From Octopus sinensis (taxonomy: Eukaryota), in the NCBI RefSeq assembly GCF_006345805.1, contig NW_021833425.1:1-64000 (forward strand): a DNA stretch of 64,000 nt, given 5' to 3'. Numbering within the stretch: the first letter of the stretch is position 1; each line of letters starts with the position of its first letter. Under the pieces are notes generated by a model. That model was not told where the DNA came from. It saw only the letters and a list, made by a program, of their open reading frames with translations, and searched no databases. The position numbers were made by a program, and so were the translations under genes. Positions 15,140 through 25,081 of the stretch are shown here, piece by piece.

Positions 15140-15898
15140 GCTCTTAAACAATCTGAAAAATCCAGCAGAAGAAGATTTGATTTGGTTTTTCTCAAACGAG
15201 AAAAACTTCAACCAATATCAGAAAGTTAACAAAAGAAATGACAGATGGTTATGTGCAGACCCTTCTGAAGTTCCAAGTGTTATGCATACCAAATTTCCAG
15301 TAACTGTCATGGTTTTAGGGGTTGTCAGCAATGAAGGACATGTGATGCCTCCTTACTTCTTTCCACAAGGCCTTAGAGTTAACTCTGCCACTTACATTGA
15401 GGTCCTGGAAATAATTGTTAAGCCCTGGATAGACAGTGTATGCAATGGAAGGCTATATGTGTTTCAGTAAGACACTGCACTATCAGACATGGCTCTAGTA
15501 ACTCAGGAATGGATAGGGAAAAATTTTCCTGATCACATAACCTCTAACATTTGGCCTCCTAATTCTCCAGATCTCAATCCATTGGACTATTACATGTGGA
15601 CCGTTGTTGAGAGAGAGGTCAATGAACACACCTGTAACACCAAAGATTCTTTGAAAGCTGCCATAGTCCGAGTAATGTCCAAAATGAACCAGGACCATTT
15701 GATTCGAGCATGTGAGTGATTTAGATCTCATATAGAAGCAGTTGTTGAAGCTGAAGTTGGCTTTGTTGAATAACATTATAGAAAAGAAGGTTTATTTTTA
15801 TCCTCATAGCATTTTGTGATAAATAAAGTTATTATCTGTTATCATAAATCTGCTTTTTTATAAACATAAATCTGTCCTCAAATATCTTATGCACCCTG
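15140..15898 (+). pseudogene. Tc1/mariner DD37D (maT-type) transposase remnant with right TIR
   Basis: FSNEKNF...VMVLGVV...FQ*DTA...WPPNSPDLNPLDY; 37 residues between the second and third D; end ...GCACCCTG then TA at 15899-15900; in-frame stops. Confidence 0.8.
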
Positions 15899-17065
15899 TA
15901 TTTACACATATATTATGCATATATTTAAATATACATGCATATTTCTCTCTCTCTCTTTCCATCACTCTTTTCCTCCTCCTCTCTTTCTCTCTCTCCCCAT
16001 CATTCTTTTTCTCCTTCTCTCTCTCTCACCCTGTCTTTCTCTCTGTTGGTGTTTCCTCATTGTTGTTTAGGATGTCATCACCCAGGCAACACTTGGCAGT
16101 GAATTTGATTAACACAGAGAAAAGCTCCCAGCTTGGATCCCTGTCTTTTGTCTTTCCTGCCCAGTTTCCATGGCACAGCTATACTAAAACAATGGGAAAC
16201 AGGGGCTATTGAATTGCCATGGGATGCCTCTGCAGCAGCTTTGTTCAGTTCTATCTTCATTCATTCTGTTAGTGTGTGAGAGGTGATGACAAGCTGTGAT
16301 GCAGTTTCTACAGCTAATATTATTAGTGTTGCTGGGTGTTATCAGAACCATCCTCAGAGCCATCTCCTTAGAGCTGCTGGTTTAATTGCCAATGAACCAG
16401 CCATAAAAAAGACTCTTATCGCAGGCCAAATACCCCTGGTGCCAGGCACACAGACATGCATTTACACACGCATGCACATGAACACACATGTACACACATA
16501 CACATGCATGTAGACATACACATGCACGTGTACACATGTACACATAAATATTATTTAGCAATGGTCACTTCTTTATGCAGTTGTTTCTTCCTTTATACAT
16601 CACATGATCATATATAAGAGAGAGAGAGAGAGAAAGAGGGAGATATATGGAGTGACGCTGTGGTAAGTAGCTTGCTTACTAACCGCATGGTCCTGGATTC
16701 AGTCCCACTGCATGGCACCCGGGGCAAGTGTCTTCTACTATAGCCTTGAGCCGACCAAAGCCTTGTGATTGGATTTGGTAGACAGAAACTGAAAGAAGCC
16801 CATCATATATATATATATACATACTCTTTTTACTCTTTACTCTTACTTGTTTCAGTCATTTGACTGCGGCCATGCTGGAGCATCGCCTTTAGTCGAGCAA
16901 ATCAACCCCAGGACTTATTCTTTGTAAGCCCAGTACTTATTCTATCGGTCTCTTTTTGCCGAACCGTTAAGTGACGGCGACGTAAACACACCAGCATCGG
17001 TTGTCAAGCAATGCTGGGGGTACAAACACAGACACACAAACATACATACATATATATATATATAT

Positions 17066-17718
17066 AAATATTAAAGTTTCTAAGTCTCTCTAAAGGAGAT
17101 TACGGCAGCGTTACTGGATATTAATAGTTAATATATAATAGTAATAATAGATAAAGGGCAACTACCCTGAAACATGTCTGCAGATGTCTGACCAGCAAGG
17201 TGAAGCGGCTGACCTCCCCTGTTCGAAGGTTATAATGGACACAGGTTCGTGTGTCATATAACTAGCTAGAGGCGATGGCCTCTTGGAGCTAATCAGTGGC
17301 AGCTTTAGTCTTTTATTTATAGACTACCATATTAGCTTGGCGATAACTATTAATATCCAGTAACACTGCCGTAATCTCCTTTAGAGAGACTTAGAAACTT
17401 TAATATTTCTATTTTTGAAAACAAGTGGATGTATTCCACTGAAATTAGGTAATTAAATCCTTCGAACAGACAGTCGGTAGCAACACCTGCTGGGTCTGAC
17501 TACTCTGTGCATTGATAAAGGGCAACTACCCTGAAACATGTCTGCAGATGTCTGACCAGCAAGGTGAAGCAGCTGACCTCCCCTGTTTGAAGGTTATAAT
17601 GGACGCAGGTTCGTGTGTCATATAACTAGCTAGAGGTGATGGCCTCTTGGAGCTAATCAGCGGCAGCTTTAGTCTTTTATTTATAGACTACCATATTAGC
17701 TTGGCGATAACTATTAAT
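17066..17718 (+). mobile_element. Retrozyme/PLE-like tandem (HHR family 2): inverted fragment plus about 1.5 tandem units
   Basis: Period 364 bp (GTC at 17176-17178 and 17540-17542); 17066-17130 is the reverse complement of 17344-17408. Confidence 0.75.
17506..17548 (+). ncRNA. Minimal type I hammerhead ribozyme, U3-A8 variant
   Basis: TGCA-TTGATAA(17512-17518)-AGGG-CAACTA-CCCT-GAAA(17533-17536)-CAT-GTC-TGCA; palindrome ACATGT; a 5'-truncated twin lies at 17150-17184. Confidence 0.75.
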
Positions 17719-18244
17719 ATATATATATATATATATTTTGTTTGTGTGTCTGTGTTTGTCCCTCCCCACCATCACTTGACAACTGATGTTGGTGTGTTTA
17801 TATCCCTGTAACTTAGCAGTTTGGCAAAAGAGACCAAAAGAATAAGTCCTGGGGTTGATTTGTTCAACTAAATGGTTGCAGTAAAAATGACTGAAAAGAA
17901 TAAAAGAATAAAAGGATTAAAAAAAGAATATATATATATATATATATATATTAGACGGTTTGGAAATGATGTACAGGTATTTTATATTAGAAGAAATGAG
18001 GTACTCAGAAATTCGGATGGTTTTATATTTACAGATATTTATTGTATATTACATGTTTTTATACATCATGTAACTTATATCATATATCATATATCATATA
18101 TTAGCGCTTTCACCCATTCTAGTGGGGTTTTCAAATCGAACTAAGTTACTGTGGAAAAATTTTGACCATTTTATAGTGTTATTGAGTGTGTAGTGGTGGG
18201 GAGGGATATACGATAGTACAAGAGGGTGATGAATGGGGAGAAAG

Positions 18245-18276
<32 letters not shown>

Positions 18277-18281
<5 letters not shown>

Positions 18282-18329
18282 CAACATTGAGGAACGGCTA
18301 CAATAGGCCGTTCCTCAATTGTTGTTGAA
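18277..18329. repeat. 22/23-bp inverted repeat hairpin
   Basis: TTCAACAACATTGAGGAACGGC-TACAATAG-GCCGTTCCTCAATTGTTGTTGAA. Confidence 0.85.
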
Positions 18330-18419
18330 TTTATTCATAGTCTCTGACTATTTCCTCTTTCTCACTAGACCGCTGGTGGCAAAATAATTTCTATTGAATT
18401 TTTTGCTACCCTAAATTGA

Positions 18420-18472
<53 letters not shown>

Positions 18473-18487
18473 GTATGTATACATATA

Positions 18488-18528
<41 letters not shown>

Positions 18529-18815
18529 TAATATATATATATATACTCATTTATAATTTGTGTTGCTAGACTCCTAATGTGATGTTGTGTGTTGAAACAG
18601 ATATTGTTGTATTTCAGGATGGTCATTTCATTTTTTTTTTGGCCAAGATGGAAAGTTTTGCTGAGATGGTCATAGATGAAAGATTTCTAGACAATGGACA
18701 TGAGTTAGAATTGGAACAGTGACGAATGAGCAAAGAACGAATATATAGTGTATGTGTTTATTTGGCAAAAAAAAAAAATAATAATAACCATCCCGAAATA
18801 CAATGTGTGTGTGTG

Positions 18816-18847
<32 letters not shown>

Positions 18848-18864
18848 ATATATATATATGTGTG

Positions 18865-18906
<42 letters not shown>

Positions 18907-19068
18907 ACATATATATATGTGTGTGTGTGTATATATATATATATATTTCAAAATAGTTTATTCAACAGTTAGTATATACATCCATTAATAATTCTTATAT
19001 GATAAGAATTTAGAGATATATGCTTTTGAATTATTCTAAATACACACACACACACACCACACACACAC

Positions 19069-19101
<33 letters not shown>

Positions 19102-19322
19102 TTCAGCTATGAGGGGCCAGAGTATCTTCTTCAATCCTTTAATATATTCATTCATATATTTTATGAACTTTGAATGAAAGACATCACCTGGATGTAACCA
19201 AAGGGCAATGGGTTACCCAAATACTAAACAGTACTTCTTCAGTCCTCTGTCATTTCCACTATCCTTACGCGTACTCTTTTACTTGTTTCAGTCATTTAAC
19301 TGTGGTCATGCTGGAGCACCAC

Positions 19323-19558
19323 TGTTGTTGTTATATATATATAGTATTGAGTATTAAAGGAAGTAGTGAGTACTTAGTATGAAAGATTAAGAAAATGAGA
19401 GAGACCGAAACAACGTGTTAACGATACAAGATACTTTATTCGACTGCCGTTGTTGTACAAGTTAATTGTTTTGGCGGGAAACAAAGTGAAAGTCCTTTTA
19501 TCAAGGGAGACAATGGGCGACGTTGATTGTTCATGTTTGTTGTGATGATTATATAACA
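19323..19558 (-). repeat. 3' LTR (236 bp)
   Basis: Identical by eye to 23549-23784; the same 61-aa ORF appears in both in the ORF track. Confidence 0.95.
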
Positions 19559-19578
19559 TCTTCCTTTTTTTTTTTTTT
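19559..19578 (-). promoter_or_regulatory. Polypurine tract
   Basis: Minus strand A14-GGAAGA immediately before the 3' LTR. Confidence 0.85.
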
Positions 19579-19789
19579 AATTTAAAAAAAATTTTTTTTA
19601 TATCATCTGTATCTACAGGGAATAATTATTCGTCGTCCACTTTTTGTGGTTTTATTATTTTGTAGTGTTGAATTCTGTAGTTGTGCTGTTTTTGTTTTTT
19701 CATGCGTGTTTGTTGATTTTGGAAATATATTTTCATAATCTAATTCTTCTGTTATGCGAACGTGTTCGTTTGTTTTAAGAATATGTTGT

Positions 19790-20950
19790 CTATTTCGTTT
19801 GACTGTATTTCCTTCCTCTGTTATTACTAAGTATGAACTCTGGGAGTTCTGTTGTAATGTTTGATTTCTTCTTTTCGTGAGGCCTGATACCAATTTTGTC
19901 GTGTAGTATGTTTGGGAGATTTGTTCGCAATGTTCTATTCATTATTTGATTTGCAGGGGATGGTGCACCATTTTGTAATTTAGTCGTGCGTAATGCTAAG
20001 AGCGCTAACTGAGGTTCTTCGTCACTTTTGAATGCCTTTTTTAGCATCTTTTTTATTGTCTGTATATTTCTCTCAACCATGCCATTCGCTTGATGATAAT
20101 GCGGGCTTGTCTTCGTGTGATGAAAATGCCAATTTTTTGCAAATTTTTTGAATTCAGCCGAATTGAATTCTGGACCGTTGTCACTTACAACTGTTTGCGG
20201 AATTCCGAATTTAGCAAAAGTTTCTTTTAATTTTTTGATTACGGTTTTTGACTGGCAATCATTTATTTCGTGTAGATCAAAAAATCTTGTTGTATAGTCA
20301 ATAATTGTGACATACGAATTTCCAGACAGGTGAAATACGTCTGTACCCACTTTGGTCCATGGTGTAGTAGGTATTTCATGATTTGTTAGTGGTTCGGCTG
20401 CTTGTTGATTTTTGTAGTCAATGCAGTATGAGCATGTGTTAATCATGTCTTTGATTTGAGCGTTAATGCCGGGCCAGTATATACATTCCTTCGCTCTCTC
20501 TATGCATTTTTCGATACCCATGTGTCCGGTATGTATTTCCTGTAGAGCTTCTCTACGTAATGACTTAGGTACAATTATTCTTGAACCTTTTAGAACGAGA
20601 CCATTGACGATTGATATTTCATCACGAACGGATACGAATGGTTTGATGTTTATTGGTATTTTGTCTTTTGGGGGCCATTCTGTTCTTGTATATGTGACGA
20701 GTGTCTGTAGAGACGGGTCGTCTGCAGTGGCTTCTTTATACTCTTTTAATTTAGTGTCGGTTATGGGGTAATTTTTTATTACTACATGAATGTGCGATTT
20801 TATATCTTCGTCTGATACTTCTGGAGTATTTTGCTCAAGGTATGCACGTGATAGGGTATCTGCAACAATTGATTCTTTACCAGGTATGTGGTTTAGGTCA
20901 AAATCATATCTTTGTAATGTTAGTAGAAATCTTTGGATTTCTACTAACAT
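19790..20950 (-). CDS. Retrotransposon integrase portion of pol (disrupted at both ends)
   Basis: HTGH...CSYC zinc finger; VGTD / VSDNGPEF / NGMVE DDE motifs; the C-terminus continues in another frame (19603-19893). Confidence 0.9.
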   Translation of the reverse strand: MLVEIQRFLLTLQRYDFDLNHIPGKESIVADTLSRAYLEQNTPEVSDEDIKSHIHVVIKNYPITDTKLKEYKEATADDPSLQTLVTYTRTEWPPKDKIPINIKPFVSVRDEISIVNGLVLKGSRIIVPKSLRREALQEIHTGHMGIEKCIERAKECIYWPGINAQIKDMINTCSYCIDYKNQQAAEPLTNHEIPTTPWTKVGTDVFHLSGNSYVTIIDYTTRFFDLHEINDCQSKTVIKKLKETFAKFGIPQTVVSDNGPEFNSAEFKKFAKNWHFHHTKTSPHYHQANGMVERNIQTIKKMLKKAFKSDEEPQLALLALRTTKLQNGAPSPANQIMNRTLRTNLPNILHDKIGIRPHEKKKSNITTELPEFILSNNRGRKYSQTK

Positions 20951-20957
20951 TGTTCTA

Positions 20958-22148
20958 CTAACAAGTGATCGATTTTTTGAATATTTGCTTCAACGGTTTA
21001 TGGTCATTTTCGATTCTGAAATGAGTTCTGTATATAAACTGATGAAATTTCTTGCATGCGAAAACTATACTGAGAGCTTCGCTCTCTATCGGACAGTAGT
21101 TTTGTTCCACTTGAGTTGTTGCACGAGATGCAAACGAAACAGGTAGCCATCTTTCGTTGTGTTTCTGCTCAAGTATCGCTCCGAGCCCATGCTTACTAGC
21201 ATCTGTAGTTATTTTTATTGGTAGATCTGGATCATAAAATTGTAGCACTGGTTTTCTGGTAATCATTTCTTTTAGCTTTTTTATTGCTTCGATTTGTGGT
21301 TTGTCGAATGACCATAACGTGTCACTCTGTAGAAGCTGGCGCAATGGTGCTGTGACTTCGGAGTAATTAGATAAAAATTTACATAAGTAATTTGTCATAC
21401 CTAGGAATCTTTGTAATTCTTTTTTACTTGTTGGCAGTGGCATGTGAATGATTGCTTGTACCTTGGTTGGATCTTGTTTTATCCCTTCGCTGGTTAATAT
21501 ATGCCCAAGGTACTTGATTTGTGATTCATAGAAGATACACTTTGATTTATTTAACTTTAATCCGTGCTTTCGGATTCGATCGAAAACTTGTTGTAGTCTA
21601 TTTGTGTGTTCTTCTAAAGTGTTGGACCAGATTATGATGTCATCCTGTGAATTTCTTGCTCCTTCTATGCCCTCTATTATTTTTGAAATTTCTTTTTGGA
21701 AAACTTCACTGGTGCTGTGAATTCCAAAGGGTAGTCGTGTGAAGCGATACCTTCCAAAAGGTGTGTTGAACGTTAAAAGATGGGAGCTTTCTTCGTCAAC
21801 TGGAATTTTCCAGTATCCATTAGATGCATCTAGTTTTGAAAAATATTTAGGGTTATGCATTTGTGCAAAAATGTCCTCCGCTGTAGGGAGTTTGAAATGT
21901 TGCCTTTTTATGGCTTTGTTTAGATTCTTGGGGTCTAAACAGAGTCGGAGTTTTCCGTTGGCTTTTTCAACGATGACTAGGGAATTTACCCAGTCTGTAG
22001 GTTCACTAACAGGTTTTATGATATCTAATTCTGTCATTCTTTTTAATTCTTTGTTGAGTTTTTCTTTTATAGAAAAAGGAACCGATCTTGGTGGATGAAT
22101 TACAGGAGTTATTTGTGGATCCACTGTGATATGATGTGTTATTGACAA
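20958..22148 (-). CDS. Retrotransposon reverse transcriptase and RNase H portion of pol
   Basis: LRLCLDPKNLN, FSKLDASNGYW, RLPFGI, SQDDIIIW, TDASKHGLGA, ENDHKPL. Confidence 0.95.
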   Translation of the reverse strand: MSITHHITVDPQITPVIHPPRSVPFSIKEKLNKELKRMTELDIIKPVSEPTDWVNSLVIVEKANGKLRLCLDPKNLNKAIKRQHFKLPTAEDIFAQMHNPKYFSKLDASNGYWKIPVDEESSHLLTFNTPFGRYRFTRLPFGIHSTSEVFQKEISKIIEGIEGARNSQDDIIIWSNTLEEHTNRLQQVFDRIRKHGLKLNKSKCIFYESQIKYLGHILTSEGIKQDPTKVQAIIHMPLPTSKKELQRFLGMTNYLCKFLSNYSEVTAPLRQLLQSDTLWSFDKPQIEAIKKLKEMITRKPVLQFYDPDLPIKITTDASKHGLGAILEQKHNERWLPVSFASRATTQVEQNYCPIESEALSIVFACKKFHQFIYRTHFRIENDHKPLKQIFKKSITC

Positions 22149-22183
22149 AGTGCCGATTTCTCCGAAACAGTCTTCATATTTTT

Positions 22184-23494
22184 CTAATATGTCGTTTGTG
22201 TTCGACGAATTTTTTTTGAAATTCTCTGAATCAGGTTCAGATCTTTAGCTGTCTTTGCATCTATAACTGCGTGCGAGTTTGTTTTTGCAACAATGAATTT
22301 TATTTGCTTTGATAATTCTTTGTATTTAATGACTGCTGTGCATTTTCCTAGCACTTTTATAGCTGTGTTATTATAAGCTGATAATCGAGTTGAAGTTTTT
22401 TGCAGTTGTGGTTTTGGAATTATATCTCTATATTCTCTGAATGGCAGTACGGTTACGTCTGCTCCTGTATCTATTTTGAATGTTACATTCGAGTTGTTCA
22501 CTTTTAGTTCGACCGTCCAAATGTCTTTTGGAGTCTTGAACTTTTCGATTTTGTGCACGCGGGAATTATTTGCAGTGATCATTTCGAGTGCATGTGTATC
22601 GTCATCTGATTCATCGTCGGTATGTATCTCTACTTTATGTACAAATTTTCTTGATTTGCACATTTTTGCATAGTGTCCTTGTTTCTTGCATTTTTCACAT
22701 GTCTTGTGAAATGCTGGGCATTTATTTCTTTTGTGATTATAACCACAATAGTGACAGTTAGTGACGTAGTGTTGACTTGGCGCTTGAAACTTCGCGGGCT
22801 TTCTGTCACTTCCGCCTTGTTCGTTTTGATGTCTGGATTGCATATGGCGGGTTATTTGAGTTTTGGCGCCTTTTCTGTCGTGTTGACTATATACCCTCGA
22901 GATTTCGTTATCTCTTGTTTCGGATGTGGCATTTAGCATCCTTGATTGGAGTCGTGTTTGCTCTGCACTCTGACCTGCTTGAATTGTTTTTTGTAGGTCT
23001 AAATTTGGTTCTCTCAATAATCTTTCTCGTAATCTCATGTCTCTGATTCCACATATCAGAATATCTTTGGTGAGACTGTCTGTGAGGTTGCCGAATTCGC
23101 ACTGTTGTGCCTTTTGGCGCAACTCTACTACGTACTCATCGAATTTTTGATGTTCCGCTTGTCCACATGTGAAGAATTTGTGTCTTAGGAAAGTTATGTT
23201 TTTCCTGGGTTCACAATATGCATCGAATTTTTCGATTACTGTCTGAAGGTTCATTTCTTCGTCGGGTGAATCGAAATCCAGTGTGGAATGGATATCTCGG
23301 CCTTTAGAACCGATGCAAGTTAAAAACATTGAAGTTTTTACTTTGTCTGGCTTCATGTCACTTTCTGTTGCTATCAAAAAGAGATTGAATTCTTTTTTCC
23401 ACTTTTTCCATGCTGCGGCTAGATTTTCCTGATTAAAGTCTAGGTCTTTTGGATGCGGTAAATTTTCCATTTCGTCTTTGAAGTATGATTTCAA
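22184..23494 (-). CDS. Retrotransposon Gag plus aspartic protease
   Basis: Two Cys-His arrays (CHYCGYNHKRNKC and CEKCKKQGHYAKMC) as in Mag-clade Gag; protease motif KIDTGADVT. Confidence 0.93.
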   Translation of the reverse strand: MKSYFKDEMENLPHPKDLDFNQENLAAAWKKWKKEFNLFLIATESDMKPDKVKTSMFLTCIGSKGRDIHSTLDFDSPDEEMNLQTVIEKFDAYCEPRKNITFLRHKFFTCGQAEHQKFDEYVVELRQKAQQCEFGNLTDSLTKDILICGIRDMRLRERLLREPNLDLQKTIQAGQSAEQTRLQSRMLNATSETRDNEISRVYSQHDRKGAKTQITRHMQSRHQNEQGGSDRKPAKFQAPSQHYVTNCHYCGYNHKRNKCPAFHKTCEKCKKQGHYAKMCKSRKFVHKVEIHTDDESDDDTHALEMITANNSRVHKIEKFKTPKDIWTVELKVNNSNVTFKIDTGADVTVLPFREYRDIIPKPQLQKTSTRLSAYNNTAIKVLGKCTAVIKYKELSKQIKFIVAKTNSHAVIDAKTAKDLNLIQRISKKIRRTQTTY

Positions 23495-23537
23495 CTTCTT
23501 TTTTCCTTTGGTTTCTGTATTTTGGGTTCTTTTAGTA

Positions 23538-23548
23538 TTCTGACACCA
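23538..23548 (-). promoter_or_regulatory. Primer binding site (tRNA-Leu type)
   Basis: TGGTGTCAGAA directly after the 5' LTR, complementary to the ...UUCUGACACCA 3' end of tRNA-Leu(CAA) (from general knowledge). Confidence 0.8.
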
Positions 23549-23784
23549 TGTTGTTGTTATATATATATAGTATTGAGTATTAAAGGAAGTAGTGAGTACT
23601 TAGTATGAAAGATTAAGAAAATGAGAGAGACCGAAACAACGTGTTAACGATACAAGATACTTTATTCGACTGCCGTTGTTGTACAAGTTAATTGTTTTGG
23701 CGGGAAACAAAGTGAAAGTCCTTTTATCAAGGGAGACAATGGGCGACGTTGATTGTTCATGTTTGTTGTGATGATTATATAACA
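23549..23784 (-). repeat. 5' LTR (236 bp)
   Basis: TGTTG...TAACA; identical to 19323-19558. Confidence 0.95.
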
Positions 23785-24572
23785 ACCACCTTTAGTCAAG
23801 CAAATCGACCCCAAAACTTATTCTTTGTAAGCCTAGTACTTATTCTATCAGTCTCTTTTGCCGAACTGCTAAGTAAACACACCAGTTGTCAAGTGATGTT
23901 GGGAGGACAAACACAGACACACAAACACATACACACACATGCATATACATATATATGACGGGCTTCTTTCAGTTTCCGTCTACCAAATCAACTCACAAGG
24001 CTTTGGTCAGCCCGAGGCTATAGTAGAAGACACTTGCCCAAGGTGCCACGTAGTGGGACTGAACCCTGAACCATGTGGTCGGTAAGCAAGCTAGTTACCA
24101 CACAGCCACCCCTACACCCATTACAATCATATGGGAACCAGTATCGCGACATCATATCTGCTGTTGATGACTCCTTTGTGCAAAAGAATGAAAGCATCTT
24201 CATTAATTGGATCCAAGCACTGCAACACCAATGAAAGATGTGTGTGCTCTACAAGGGGTGGTTTATGTTGAAAAATAAACCTTATTTGGTCACATTCCAT
24301 AAGAGTACCTTAATTAAGCTGTGAACTTTCCAGCTAACCCTCATAATCATGATTTTATACCTATTTTAGCCTGCTTTTATAGGTTAGATGGAACTTACTT
24401 GTTGCAGTCTTTCGTCACATCCTGGCTGAGATCATCCTCCTAAGATCACTCTCTTGAGATCAATCAACCTTCCCTACTTATTCTCATGTTTTGTTTGATT
24501 ATCATCATCATTTAGCAACTGTTTTCCATGCTAGCATGAGTTGGACGGTTTGATAGGACGGTTTGAAAAGGC

Positions 24573-24795
24573 GGTGAGCTGGCAGAAATGTTAGCACGCC
24601 GGGCGAAATGTGTAGCCGTATTTCGTCTGCTGTTACGTTCTGAGTTCAAATTCCGCAGAGGTCGACTTTGTCTTTCATCCTTTCGGCGTCGATAAATTAA
24701 GTTATGCACTGGGGTCGATATAATCGACTTAACCCATTTGTCTGTCCTTGTTTGTCCCCTCTGTGTTTAGTCCCTTGTGGGTAGTAAAGAAATAG
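24573..24795 (+). mobile_element. tRNA-derived SINE (family D; central domain resembles the MetaSINE domain)
   Basis: GGTGAGCTGGCAGAAATG...GAGTTCAAATTCC...GGTCGACTTTGTCTTTCATCCTTTCGGCGTCGATAAATTAAG; other copies near 35860, 36860 (-), 39683, 49675, 49870 (-), 53720 (-) and 55780. Confidence 0.65.
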
Positions 24796-24954
24796 GTTTG
24801 ATTGGAGCTAATCAGCTGGGACTGGCACGAGTGCTTTATTATGTCTCTGATATGGGTACCTCAATGTGATGCCTGCACAAGTGCTTTTATGTGGCACCAG
24901 CATGGGCGTTATAACATTGCACTGGCATGGGTGCTTTTTATGTGGCACTGATGT

Positions 24955-25081
24955 AATCTCCAGGGATACAGGCATCCAGCAACAGGACCTCCGTAATGCC
25001 ATGATGGACCGTGAAGTCTGGCGTAGCATGGTAAATTCCATTGTCTCGACCACAGTTGAACAATGATGATGATGATGATGA
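24955..25081 (+). mobile_element. RTE-type LINE extreme 3' end
   Basis: ISRDTGIQQQDLRNAMMDREVWRSMVNSI (AMMDRxxW C-terminus) followed by a (TGA)n tail. Confidence 0.6.

Larger units (their letters stand above)
16649..17915. mobile_element. Nested cluster: family A 5' half (+, 16649-16815), family A 3' half (-, 16822-17050), HHR family 2 insertion (17066-17718), family A 3' half (+, 17738-17915)
   Basis: The two + strand halves reconstitute one SINE split at its central (AT)n tract. Confidence 0.7.
19323..23784 (-). mobile_element. Ty3/Gypsy LTR retrotransposon (Mag-like), full length, inserted into a family A SINE
   Basis: TG...CA LTRs at 19323-19558 and 23549-23784; 5-bp TSD ACCAC at 19318-19322 and 23785-23789; domain order gag-PR-RT-RH-INT; flanks rejoin to GCTGGAGCACCACCTTTAGTC of family A. 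Confidence 0.97.

Noticed and set aside
19374-23785. Identical 61-aa ORFs at 19374-19559 and 23600-23785
   Set aside because: They lie inside the LTRs; useful only as evidence of LTR identity
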